DNA of 58,823 bases, counting the filler, from Sphacelaria rigidula (Eukaryota): assembly GCA_964200075.2 (NCBI GenBank). It is 6 parts of 6 records of this genome, joined end to end, with 100 filler letters (N's around TTAATTAATTAA, not from the genome) between each part and the next. Parts side by side here need not be neighbours in the genome. Positions count along the whole stretch, not along the records: positions 39,284 to 49,003 come from CAXNAA020007899.1; positions 49,104 to 58,823 come from CAXNAA020007900.1; 4 more parts are not named here. The stretch is one strand, 5' to 3'. The notes under the pieces were generated by a model that saw only the letters and a list, made by a program, of their open reading frames with translations, searched no databases and had not been told where the DNA came from. This document shows, piece by piece, positions 48,421 through 58,823 of the stretch. The translations under genes and the position numbers were made by a program. Positions within the stretch are counted from its first letter, which is position 1. Each line of letters starts with the position of its first letter.

Positions 48421-49003
48421 AGGGGGCGGAGGGATTCATAGGTGTGCGTTTTTTTTTTTCTCGTGCACCCCCGACATCCCTTCAAATCGTGAGACAGTCG
48501 CGTACATATCAGGACGCAAACGGCGGTAAAAGGCGAGAGGACTACGGGGTCACAGTGTCTTTATCGCCCCTCATGCAGCGCTGTTCTCACCTCCGGCTTG
48601 TAGCCGAAAGTCTTTGAAGCACCCGTGATGATCTTTTCGGTCGTGTCCCCTGGACCCCGAACCAGCAATCCTCGCGGCGTAGTGTCCGCGGGCAGCGCGG
48701 ATGGGAGTAGTGTCGGCTCCACGTACACCTCGCCGCTGATATCATACTGCCGGTAAAGGTGACACATGAGCACACGCGCGGTCGGGGTCATTGGTGTAAA
48801 CTACATCTGGCACATCAGATGTAAGTCGCGGGTGGTCAAATCCGATCCAGTACCTGCACGTCGGCCAAAGACGCGGACCAAGGCTCGCGATACTTCGAGC
48901 AAGTATTCGGTCTTTTTCATTTGTTTCCACTGGATTAGGGCGTTCTATTATAACAGGGTTGCCAGAAAAATGAGAACGTATTTTGAAATGAGAATCAACC
49001 GCT

Positions 49004-49103
49004 NNNNNNNNNNNNNNNNNNNNNNNNNNNNNNNNNNNNNNNNNNNNTTAATTAATTAANNNNNNNNNNNNNNNNNNNNNNNNNNNNNNNNNNNNNNNNN
49101 NNN
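49004..49103. other. Artificial contig spacer
   Basis: N44-TTAATTAATTAA-N44. Confidence 0.98.
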
Positions 49104-49170
49104 CGAAATTTTGTCTGGTTCAGGGGCTCCTAACGACTCTAGACGCACAAGAATATGGTTCAGAGCATGC
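49104..49170 (+). repeat. Body of the SINE family seen at 19405-19542
   Basis: CGAAATTTTGTCTGGTTCAGGGGCTCCTAACGACTCTA versus CGAAATTATGTCTGGTTCAGAGGCTCCTAACGATTCTA. Extent beyond the overlap is approximate. Confidence 0.7.
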
Positions 49171-51029
49171 CCGTTTTTGCAGATTTATTCGGGATATCTC
49201 CGGCACATTGGAATAGTAATCCTTGCGGACTCTCGCATATATTATCATATGTCGTGTTTTGGATTAAATAAAGGGCTCCCAACAATTCCAAGCTCAGAAA
49301 ATAATTGTGTTCCCCTATATTGTAGCATCACTCTTCCGTGCCGTGTGCCTCGACTACCTACCACTACTACAAGTAGTCGAGGCATATATTTGGCGAGGCG
49401 TGAGCTAATGTTACTTACAGGCTGTCGCTACCGTGCGCTCGTGTGTTGTACAGAGATGTGTGTGAGCGTTGCCGGCATCCAAGGTCATCAGGACAGGGTG
49501 GGCAAGGAGCAGAAGCAATTATACGAACCTCGCAAAGCCCGCCAGAATTTTCTGCTTTCATGAGACTTAGTAGTGTTTGTTGATCAAATTATTGCAACAA
49601 TTTCAACGAAAAAAACACAAAAAAAATAATCACAAAAAAGTCACAAAAAAATGTAAGGAATCATGACAATTTTTCATTTTCGAAAAATGGCCTCCGGGAG
49701 GGGGGGTGGGGGCCTCCGCATCCGAAAAAATTCTCTCGACAGACCCTCGGTGTGCAATAAAATCTACGGCGATCTCCCCAGATTATTGGGCAAACTGCCG
49801 TATGTATGTTGGCCGGCACAAATTATTACGCACGAATTATTTTTCAGCGGCCAATCTCGAAACCTCGGGGCCAAGCGAGTCTGAAAAGTGGGCTTGGCTC
49901 CTCTCTGTGGGGTATTGCAAAATGTTGAGGATGTGTGTTGCCGATTTTCCCTGTTTGGGGGTCAACAAGTGGATCAAACCTCCCAAGAGTGAACAATCCG
50001 TGGGGTAAAAATCTGTTTCCCATATATAAGATCCGGCCTTGGTATCACACGAAGCTCCCGACGACGCTATTTATTTCGAGATATAGCTGTTCATTGATTT
50101 CTCTGCCCCTACAACGACTGCGTTGGAATTAGGTCGAACTGAATTGAGGATATAACAGAAGAACTTCGCACTGCTGCTTATCAGCAGAACCATCGATTCT
50201 TACTCCGTGCACCCCTTTAAGCCCAGGGCCGTGTCTTGTTCCCTTCGGGGGCGATGAAGAATGTGATGCCCCTCGGCCTGGAAAATGACGAAGTCGATAT
50301 GAATGCGGGTCTGAGAAACATGTGCAAGGTTAGTTCAGCAGCCGCCGCGACAGCCACACCGCACAACAGCAACTGGAGCTAGAGCTAGAGCTGAAGCTGG
50401 AGGTTCGCACCTTGAGGACACGATGTTTTCCCCTCCCAATATGACGCGTGCTATTAAAAAGCTCATGAAGCCCAACCAGAAGCTGAAGCCGGGCCGCCTT
50501 CCCGAGAACCTCATCCCTAAAAACAAGTGGAATGTAAGTTGTTTCGGGGGGGATTGTGTCGTCTCCTGTGGCGTCCATCATCGCGTATCTGTATAGGCGC
50601 TTCAGCTCGACATACGCTACTATAGCATGTGGGATATATAGATGAACATACTTGAGAATAACGCGTTCCCGTGGTCGGTTAACTATTTGTGCGTATACAG
50701 TCCGTGGTGGTTTGTGATCTATACAAGCGCTCGAGTAGCTCATGGTGAAGTATGTCACGGTGTATAACACCTGGTACTATGCTCCACCACCCTGATTTTT
50801 CCCAAGCCCGCATGAATCATGTCATCGCAATATGTCTTGATAGTAAAATTGTCGTTGTAATTGATCGGCTAGTGGAATATATTGGGTAGGGCTGTGAATT
50901 GGACCAGTTTGTACTGGCAGTTACGGCCCCTGTGTTTACCTCTACTTGGCGTCGCGCGTCGAGTTGGAAAGCCGGGTACCACCCCCAGAAGTCCGAACGA
51001 CCACCTGCGGCACTGGATCTTCTGAGGTT

Positions 51030-51220
51030 AGCCATATGTACTCTCTTCTTTATTATGTATTCCTATTTTGCTTGTATCGCGTTTTGTGAGTAATAATTTG
51101 GGTCTGTTTTTTTTTTTTTTGCTAGCCTGTGACCACGGAAGGCGTCCGCATCAGATGCCCAGTACAAATGTACCGCGCAGATATCGGAACGGTTTTTAAT
51201 GTGAAGACAACAACAACAAC
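51030..51220 (+). mobile_element. SINE family S1 3' part with (AAC)n tail
   Basis: TAGCCTGTGACCACGGAAGGCGTCCG...CAGATATCGGAACGGTTTTTAATGTGAAGACAACAACAAC matches 2796-2960. Confidence 0.75.
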
Positions 51221-52892
51221 TGGCAGATTCGGCATTTGAACAGCAGAAGAAGCTCGAAATAAATCTTTACTTTGCCCTCCGTTTTATCCGGAGATTAGAG
51301 GAAAAGATATGTATTGCGAGCAGCGTCTGCTGGGCATATCCCGCATACTGCACCGTTACCAGCGCATGGGATCCGACACGCAGGAAAAGTTGCTGAAAGG
51401 TATACATCATTTTGCCCCCCAGTCCATGTGTGCATGGGCTAAAGGATGAATAGCTCTCAACAGCTTTCACTGAATAGAGATCTCACACGTTGGACACGTG
51501 TGTATGTCCACACCTGTGCTTTATCTGAAACCCCTGGGAAGGCGTGGTAAAAGGCTGCACGATCGGGTATACCTCGCCGATGTATGCACATACTTCACAA
51601 AACCCCGTATTCCATAGTCTACCAACGCGAACAAGATTTAGAAAATATCACTTAATCAATGGTATATTAATAGTATGTATCACCGCACACTAATCGAACA
51701 TCAATGAACACCCGCCCGCACAACAGTATTATTCCGCCCAGGTATACCACCACAACCCTGCAGCAAAGAGCACGGGTTGGGCACAGGGATAGAGACATAC
51801 ACACACTGCCGTGCGGGTGCGGATATGATGTACTTCTCGTTGGTGGAAACATGAGCGCCTTCTTTCATGGTCGCGACATCGCGCGGCGACGACATACGCG
51901 GGGTGCGTATAGGCGGGTGCGAGGAACAATCAACCGGCCGCCTATATTGTGCATATACACACTCACCATATGCATGCTGCGGACGCACCGCAATATAACA
52001 TATAGTGCAGCATACAGGCCGCGTACGATATGCTGCACGTTGTTCAAGTCCTTTCCACGTCGCACTATAGGTAGAGAACATACATATAGATTGTCCTGCG
52101 CTGTCTGCACTGTACTTTCCCCCTTCCCTTTCACGCCCTACTTACTGTGCTGCGGCAACGCTGTGCGCAAATATGCGGTGCAACGCGTGAAAAAGTGGAG
52201 TTCGTGACGGTATATAACACCCGCCCCATATATCAAAATAAGCTGCAGTCATCTACGTTGTATACATAGCCAGCCATTTGCAGTACATGGCGCCGCACGT
52301 ATAAGCACGGCGGTATAGCACACTGTCCTGCATGCAATGGTATTGTACAGTCCAGTACAGTTTATTGTTGTGAATATATATCCCGAGTACGCATGCAGTA
52401 TCAACCGCGCGATGAGATTTTATTTCATTCTTCCCTGTATATTGCTTTGGTTTCGTCGACATGGGACTACGGGGTTTTCATCAGGTATATGCAACCATCA
52501 CCGAGGTATATTGCGATCAGTTATCATTACGTCAGTTGCAACCAAAGCTTGCGTGCAGTATGTGGGACTTAAACAGCTGAAGCTGCTCGCGAGCAAGTTT
52601 TTTCTCCACCCAATTTCAGGTATTCTTGGGGGTGTACAAATTCCATCTGCTGCATACAGTGTATATGGGGTTATCTGTACAGCTTAAGCTCTTCGAAATA
52701 AATCCTTTTTGCGCTATTCCAAGATTGGAATTGGGATTTATTTCGAACAGTAGAGGCTGTCCAAATTCCAGATTTCCATTACACTTGTGCCTCTAAAAAC
52801 AATCCAGGGGATTTCAGTGTTATTGACACGGACCTTCGAGGGCCCCAAAATTCAGAAGTATAAAGAATACTTTCCATCCACCACGACTACCA

Positions 52893-52965
52893 CGCGTAGC
52901 TCCGTGTGTACCCGGTTGACTATATAACGTTGAAGTCGAGGGTTCGATTCCCTGTCCAACCAACT
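52893..52965 (+). pseudogene. Degenerate tRNA-like sequence (SINE head or tRNA pseudogene)
   Basis: TAGCTCCGTGTGT (A-box-like) and GGGTTCGATTCCC (T arm / B box) at tRNA spacing. Stems poorly paired. Confidence 0.45.
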
Positions 52966-53077
52966 CAGTTCTCTTTTCCGCCAGTACCTTGCGCCCGGAG
53001 CTGCATATGGAGGGTAGTGTTTGTGCATAAACAAACTGCACAGCATTGCCAGCAGCGATGAACTCTTCACGGGCGAC

Positions 53078-53181
53078 GGAACCCTGTGATGCACACTGTT
53101 CATGAGCACTGTAGAGAAGCCCTGTGGAGAGGAACCCTGTGATGCACACTATTCATGATCACTGTAGGGAAACCCTGTGGA
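53078..53181. repeat. Tandem ~53-bp duplication inside a CTGT/ACAG motif array
   Basis: GGAACCCTGTGATGCACACT.TTCATGA.CACTGTAG.GAA.CCCTGTGGAG occurs twice. Confidence 0.85.
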
Positions 53182-53515
53182 GCGTCCTGTGTTACGCTGT
53201 AAAACACTGTACAGTAAAATTCCCGCCAGAAACACTGCGCAGGGCACGTAAACACTGTAGACCCCCTCCACAGGGAGCTATCTGTCCACCTTTGTTGGCT
53301 CTCCGTGGAAGTGCTGTAAGCAGCACGCATGGCTGTGAAGAGTGCGATAACTGCGTCTTCATAGGCCTGTTGGCCCGGTTCCTGGCCGATAGATATATAC
53401 AGTACGAACTGTGTTCTAACAAAAGCAAACCTGGGTCGTTCTCAGGGAATTTGCCTCTCTGATGCAGGAATGGTATGACCACGCTATTGATGGGTTGTGT
53501 TATAGAAGTTCATGC

Positions 53516-53763
53516 GACACTTTCTACGATACCCCACCCCCTGAATCAGCCCAATACTGTCACGAAGAAAATGGCCATACAGCACCTGATGTTTGGCCTC
53601 AGGCTGCATGAAGCGACTTCTACGGACGAAACTGGCTGAAACGAATCCAAACGTGGGAGCTTCTAGCTGCTCGCTGTGCTCAGGCTGGTTCATTTCGATT
53701 TACGAGTAGATTTTTCCTCCCCAAATCAGCCACATTTTTGGAGGAGGCCATCGTAGAAAGTAT
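53516..53763. mobile_element. MITE family A, full copy in reverse orientation
   Basis: GACACTTTCTACGATACCCC ... CCATCGTAGAAAGTAT. The interior is the reverse complement of 1608-1871. Confidence 0.82.
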
Positions 53764-54710
53764 TATGCGGTCTGTGAACACCGGAGAACAGTAGGGCGTG
53801 TGTACAGGGCCGAACGATCACTCTCTTGGTCCATGAGACTGATGCGTATTGGTGCAGCATGAGCCCCGCTGATGGTCGAAGTGGTAGCAGTGCCGGGTAG
53901 CGGTGTGTGGTGTTGTGCCGACGAAGACGTGTCGACGTGGAACGATGTGACCGCCGCAGCGTAGGTGTGGTGTCCGGGCTTCCGGGAAATCCGGTAGCCC
54001 GCATCGCTCGGTGGATGCGATTGATGCGGGGTGGCAGCTAAGGGCGAGGGGGTCGTCTGGAGACGAGGGAGCCGACGCTCGGCTTCGAGCGACCGAAGCT
54101 CGTTGACGGCGGCAGGCGCAGTCGCCGTGCAGTCACGAAGGAGTTGTCCGTCCTGTCGCAAGAAGGCCCGAAAGGTTCTTAAATCTGCCGCTCGTTCGTG
54201 CAGGGCGCGCTGTGCAGCGAGTTGGCGCATTTTGGCTGCGTTAACCGTAGTCTATTGGCGCCGGATTGTTGCCGACAGTTCCTCGTTGATGAGGCGGTTG
54301 GCGTTATCATTTGCTTTTCGGCGGGGAGACAGTGTCGAAAGTGCGGGAGATGGTGGTGGCGAGAAAGCTGCGTACTCGCCGAAAATCCGTTCTTGTGCAT
54401 TTGGCGGGCCGGCCATGAAAATGCGCGGGGGCAGGCCGACGGGATAGTGCTCTTCTCGGAGAAGAGATCGGTTGTTAGGGTTCGCTGCTGGAGACGGAGC
54501 ACGGGACGTCGGAGGCGCGGTGACTGCCGGTGGCGTGGCTACGATTTCACGGGGTGCGACGATAACGACCGAAGGCTCGGGGGCAGCGGCCGGCGCAACG
54601 GCTGGGGCAGCTGCAGTGAAGGTCAACTGGCCAAGAGTGCGAACATGCTCGGCGTCCGTGTCACCGCCAAGAGGGTGCTGAGATCGGAGGCGCCTTGTGA
54701 TCCATTGCAA
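53763..54710 (-). pseudogene. Disrupted intronless ORF, possibly retrotransposon Gag/ORF1 N-terminal region
   Basis: ORFs 54252-54710 and 53763-54230 are in the same frame, separated by one TAG. Pro/Ala-rich followed by a coiled-coil-like segment, and truncated by MITE A. Gag/ORF1 identity is inference only. Confidence 0.45.
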
Positions 54711-55109
54711 GGGCAGGTCGAGTAGAGTATGTACTTTTGAGTACTCGAGTAAAGTACCCGAGTGTTTCCTCTACTCAATTTTTGAGTAGGTTGAGTACGG
54801 CCTCAAATACTCTACTCAAATATTGAGTAAGAACTCTAAGTGATACTTGAGTATAGAGTATCACTTGGGTAGGAAGACGGCGGCCCAAAAGGCGACGGCG
54901 AGCACGTGCGAACGAGCTTTTGTCGTCGAATCATCAAACACGACAGCGGGTGGGGAAAGGCATCAATGTCCGAGTACTGCGGCTAGTGGCATTGCTGTGA
55001 TGGTGGAGTCGCCATGAGGGTCGGGGTGTGACGAACTTGTCGGGCATGGGGACCGGGGAACAGAAGACGAGGCATATGCCGGCGGTATTGCTGGCGTCGC
55101 CGACCCAAA

Positions 55110-56168
55110 GAGTCATACTACGATAGGGGGGGGGGGTATTTTGGGCCTTTTCTTGCACGAAATTCCGAGGCAAATCGACGTTGAAGTCAGCAACGGTTGC
55201 TCGAACGAGCTTGTTATAGATTAAAAAAACCTTCAATCGTTATGATTGATACAGTTTCGAACCAAATACAAGCGCATCGCGAGTGCGGCAGGTCGTCTGA
55301 GACACTTATGAGCCGTTTTTTTCGTACAATCAAGTACTCCCCCCCTCTCCATCGTAGGATGACTCCAGTACGCATAGCGTCACGCCTCTGACTTTGCGTC
55401 GATGAAGCTGGAACAGCCGGGGCACGAACGGGCTGTATCGCCTTGGGATCAGACCGGACACGAGGAGCGTAAGGCGTCTACTGCACGAGTGTCCTAGAAC
55501 GGGGTGCCATAAAAGATCCAGCTACGGTGGGACGATCCCTGACACGAGGAGTGTAGCACGTCGGACCACGACTGTCAGGGGTCCTGGCCTGGATGCTATC
55601 CCTGACACTGGAAGCGTAGCGCATCGAACTACGAGTGTCGGAGGCTTGGACTGGGGACTACCCCTGGCACGAGGAGCGTAGCGCCTCGACCTACGAATGC
55701 CGGGGGAGACGGCCGTAGGCATGACAGCCTTGCGCTCTTCATGTCATGCAGAAACCTGAGGGGTCGATTGTGTCGTACCACATTGAGCAGCTTTGCGGTG
55801 GCCGGATCTGGGGCTGGTGGAGGTGGGGGGTGAGGTGGCTCTACTAGGTTGTGCCATATATATATCTAGAACGAAAAAACAGAAAGTATAGACCAATTAG
55901 TACCCACATCGGTTTAATTTCTTTGAGATTGAGAGTCATGCTGGGGTGTTTGATTCCACCAAACAATTGGCTCATCGGTGCGTCAAACGACCTGAGACGC
56001 TTGTGGTGCGCTTGTATTTGGGTAACAGCGGTGTCAAGCAGTATAAATGAGCGCTATTTATCGAGAGCAAGCGCGCTCGAACAACCGTTGGCTGCTTTCA
56101 ACGACGAATGAAGTGAACTTTCGTGGAAGAAAGCGGCCCAAAATCCCCCCCCCTATCGTAGCATGACT
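55110..56168. mobile_element. ~1.06-kb non-autonomous DNA transposon with ~50-bp TIRs
   Basis: AGTCATACTACGATAGGGGGGG..ATTTTGGGCC..TTCTTGCACGAAA pairs with TTTCGTGGAAGAAAGCGGCCCAAAATCCCCCCCCCTATCGTAGCATGACT. Four internal diverged ~63-85-bp repeats at 55455-55705. Confidence 0.8.
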
Positions 56169-56998
56169 ATTGACTGTTTATTTTGTTCTATGCTTGTGTA
56201 CGGTCGTTGCATCTCGCGCGCTAAACAGTCTTGGACGCATTTCGTTTGTACCTACTCCGATAGTTAGGATGTCTCCCTCTACTGCTGCGCGTGGGGTTAC
56301 TTGCCACATTTCTTACTAGCCTCTACAGGCACGTTCAACAACTCGCGGTTTTCCTTTACCCATACTGTTCTTTTCACAGGTCGTGAACTGGGTGCGTGTT
56401 TCAGCGATCTCTTCCTTGCACATGTCATTCGGTGCACCGTTTCTCGTGTTTTGCCTATTGATATATATTCGCTGACTTCACCCCTGTACGTACGATATTG
56501 TGGCATGTTTACTACTACTCACACCTCGTGCGTGACAACCCAAGTGACTGCAGCCGCCGCTTGGCAACGTATTCTGCGAATCGAATCTGATCCTAACATA
56601 GATACACACATTTGTTCTCCCCTCGGACGATTTCTTCCGCTCCTTATTGTACACCATCGGCGTTTGATGTTTTCCTGCCGCTGCTCTACGCGTGTGCCAG
56701 CGATACAGAGTACGCCTTGGACAGGAGGCGATCGCGGAGATCAAAATGGTGCAGACCACACGAGGGGCAGCGTCAGCATAAGAGTCGCATAGGTAGCCAC
56801 TGGGGTGCCTGGAGGGTGGAATTATGGACGTTCTAGACGTTTTGCAACCTACGTTGGGGCGCAAGGTCGGGAATGTGACGTTGCCAGGGTACAGGTTGGA
56901 AACCCCATTACAGGTTGCAGGCACGTTGACAGCAGGAGTACCATTTACGGGCCCGAGTGTTTTACGAAAGAGAGAAAAAAAAGGGGCGGGGGGGGGGG

Positions 56999-57024
56999 GT
57001 AGGGTTAGGGGTAGGGTTAGGGTT
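56999..57024 (+). repeat. Short interstitial telomere-like (TTAGGG)n tract
   Basis: GTAGGGTTAGGGGTAGGGTTAGGGTT after poly-G. A degenerate version is at ~23386-23417. Confidence 0.6.
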
Positions 57025-57204
57025 CCGATTTCCAAGCCTTGGAAATGGGGCAAAGTCAGTTTCTAAGGATACCAAGGATTGAAAATTGTGCAAAGCCAGT
57101 TTCCAAGGAAATTGGGTGAAATGGTGACTTCTCTCGAAGATCGTCTGCCGCACGAATCTCGTATATGCTGTAACAAAGGATTCAGAATTTTACAGCACAA
57201 GTGT

Positions 57205-57547
57205 TGCGTGTGTTGACGTCCCATCTATTCTGGACGCCAGTCTACACCTTTCGGTATATGTGGGCGCACCAGGGTCACACAGGAGGGAGGCCAACACAGG
57301 AGTCTTTTTTTGTTTATTGTTTGAATTCTCCGCCTTCCTTCTGCGGTGTTTACCTCTATTTTTACCGCTCGGGGGGTTCAGCAGTCCTTTTCTTCCGTTG
57401 ACCATTTGGTCGAACTTTGTGTACCCACGACATGGGCGCTCTCCACTGTTGGGCATTTCGTGAGGAAAATTCCCAGATCGCTCCGGGACTCGAACCCACA
57501 ACTCAACGGTCCGAGGGTTTTGAGGTTACCAACTGAGCCACTGGGGC
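57205..57547 (-). mobile_element. Full-length tRNA-derived SINE (family S2)
   Basis: Head GCCCCAGTGGCTCAGTTGGTAACC...GGGTTCGAGTCCCG (A and B boxes). Body and tail shared with 23836-24045, ending GATGGGACGTCAACACAC. Confidence 0.85.
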
Positions 57548-57639
57548 AACCGTCTTTCGAGTGCCTTGAGAAATGACCCAGAGGATTTCGATATCGGCAC
57601 CAATCCTCGAGGGATACCCAAGCAAGTCATGATACGACA

Positions 57640-58730
57640 GGGGGGGGGGCGTACTCAATTGGAGCCTGCATTAGTCGTTTGACCATCGACCACGCATCCC
57701 TTTCGAGACGGAGCACCGTTCCTACTCCTAATAGAGCCACTTTCAACATTCCGGCGCTCATTACGTTTTTTCCCCATATTACACATAAACCGTTTATATA
57801 TCTTATACCCGTTGTTTCGCCGTCTCTGGCCACCATCAATCTCCTAGTATGGCCATCATTTTCTCCCTACTGTATGATGCATCAAACGATTCCATACTAT
57901 CTTCGTTCACGTCCCGCATTTCCCCCTCTAGCATGTCCCGTTCCTGCTTGTATAGTTCACATTCTGCCACTATATGGCGCATGCTCTCGGTTCCTCAGCC
58001 GCAGAGCAGTTCTGTCCATCTACTTCCTCCTCCTTCCGACGACTGGTATATATCTTTCTTCTTCCTGGCAGGTCCAGATCGCCCACCCGAAATCGCAATT
58101 TCATATTTTTCGCAGAGTCCATGGGGCCATGCAAATATGCTTCCATCCTCATCCCCTCTCTCAAACCCCCGTATATCTCCAGGTGTTTTTCCTCGTCTAC
58201 TTCGCGTCTGAGCGCTCCTTTCCCCCTTATTTCTGTCATATCTCTTACTTTTGCCTTGTACCCCGCGTCTCCACCTATGGCCAATATTTCGTCTTGGTTT
58301 CCTCTGAGCTCTTTCCATCCTTTTTCGGCCCCTTTATCTCACCTCCTAATTTCACCAGCCTTTCCTTATGCATTTTTCTCCCATACAGCGCTATCAACTA
58401 TAGCTGGTAGTCTCTTTCTCTGCATGTTCTTTACGCTATATTGCCATCCTAATTTCCTCATGTCTCTGTTTGTTTCAAGTTGGTACATTCCCAGCTCTGC
58501 TCTCAAAGCCGTATTGCTCGTTGTTTTCGAGCATCCAAGGCTCTTCATAGCTGCTGCCATCTGTACTGTTTTCAACCTCTTCGCCAACTTCACGTTCCCC
58601 TCCCATACGTTTCCTGCATATTCCAGCTTTGGTACGATCACGTTCACCAGGATACATCTCTTGATCCTAGTGTCTTGGCGCGGGTCTCCCCCAAAAGTGC
58701 ATGGTTTTGGGAGGATCGCGTTCATCCTGC
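57640..58730 (-). mobile_element. LINE ORF2 C-terminal region and 3' end (RTE/RTEX-like), degenerate
   Basis: DTRIKRCILVNVIVPKLEYAGNVW...LGCSKTTSNTALRAELGMYQLE...KLRFRVGDLDL, followed by a HIVAEC zinc-knuckle remnant. This is the typical post-RT thumb and C-terminal region of non-LTR elements. Clade assignment is tentative. Confidence 0.88.
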
Positions 58731-58738
58731 TTATCTGT

Positions 58739-58823
58739 TACTTTCTACGATAGCCCCCCCCCAAAAGTGCATGGTTTTGGGAGGCAACATCTTCACGTAA
58801 ATCGAAATGAGAAGAGCCGAGCA
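58739..58823. mobile_element. MITE family A left end, cut by window end
   Basis: ACTTTCTACGATAGCCCCCCCCCAAAAGTGCATGGTTTTGGGAGGC matches 1611-1665. Confidence 0.75.

Noticed and set aside
52445-52490. Hammerhead ribozyme on the minus strand (CTGATGA...GAAAC)
   Set aside because: The core words are present, but stem II does not pair and no stem I/III closure with an NUH site could be built.
56999-57024. Chromosome end
   Set aside because: Only about four imperfect units, internal to the contig.

Overview
Eukaryotic nuclear DNA, most likely from a brown alga (Phaeophyceae). That assignment is inferred from an EsV-1-7 repeat gene, very intron-rich genes and a stramenopile-type targeting motif. 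The window is not one locus. It is six unlinked contigs of near-identical length (9721, 9721, 9721, 9720, 9720, 9720 bp) joined by artificial 100-bp N44-TTAATTAATTAA-N44 spacers. Contig 1 carries internal exons of BRF1 (TFIIIB subunit). Contig 2 carries a low-complexity unknown gene head-to-head with a six-exon MnmM/YtqB-family tRNA methyltransferase. Contig 3 carries five internal exons of IMPDH. Contig 4 has only fragments of unknown genes. Contig 5 has an intronless, disrupted gene with about 21 EsV-1-7 Cys/His repeats of 38 aa, set among unidentified degraded coding-like DNA. Contig 6 is almost entirely nested transposon debris. Introns and intergenic DNA are full of LINE 3' ends, several tRNA-derived SINE families, TIR MITEs, short-motif arrays, hairpins and microsatellites. 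The best candidate for an under-described system is the modular EsV-1-7 repeat array, which has a hypervariable patch and signs of block duplication.
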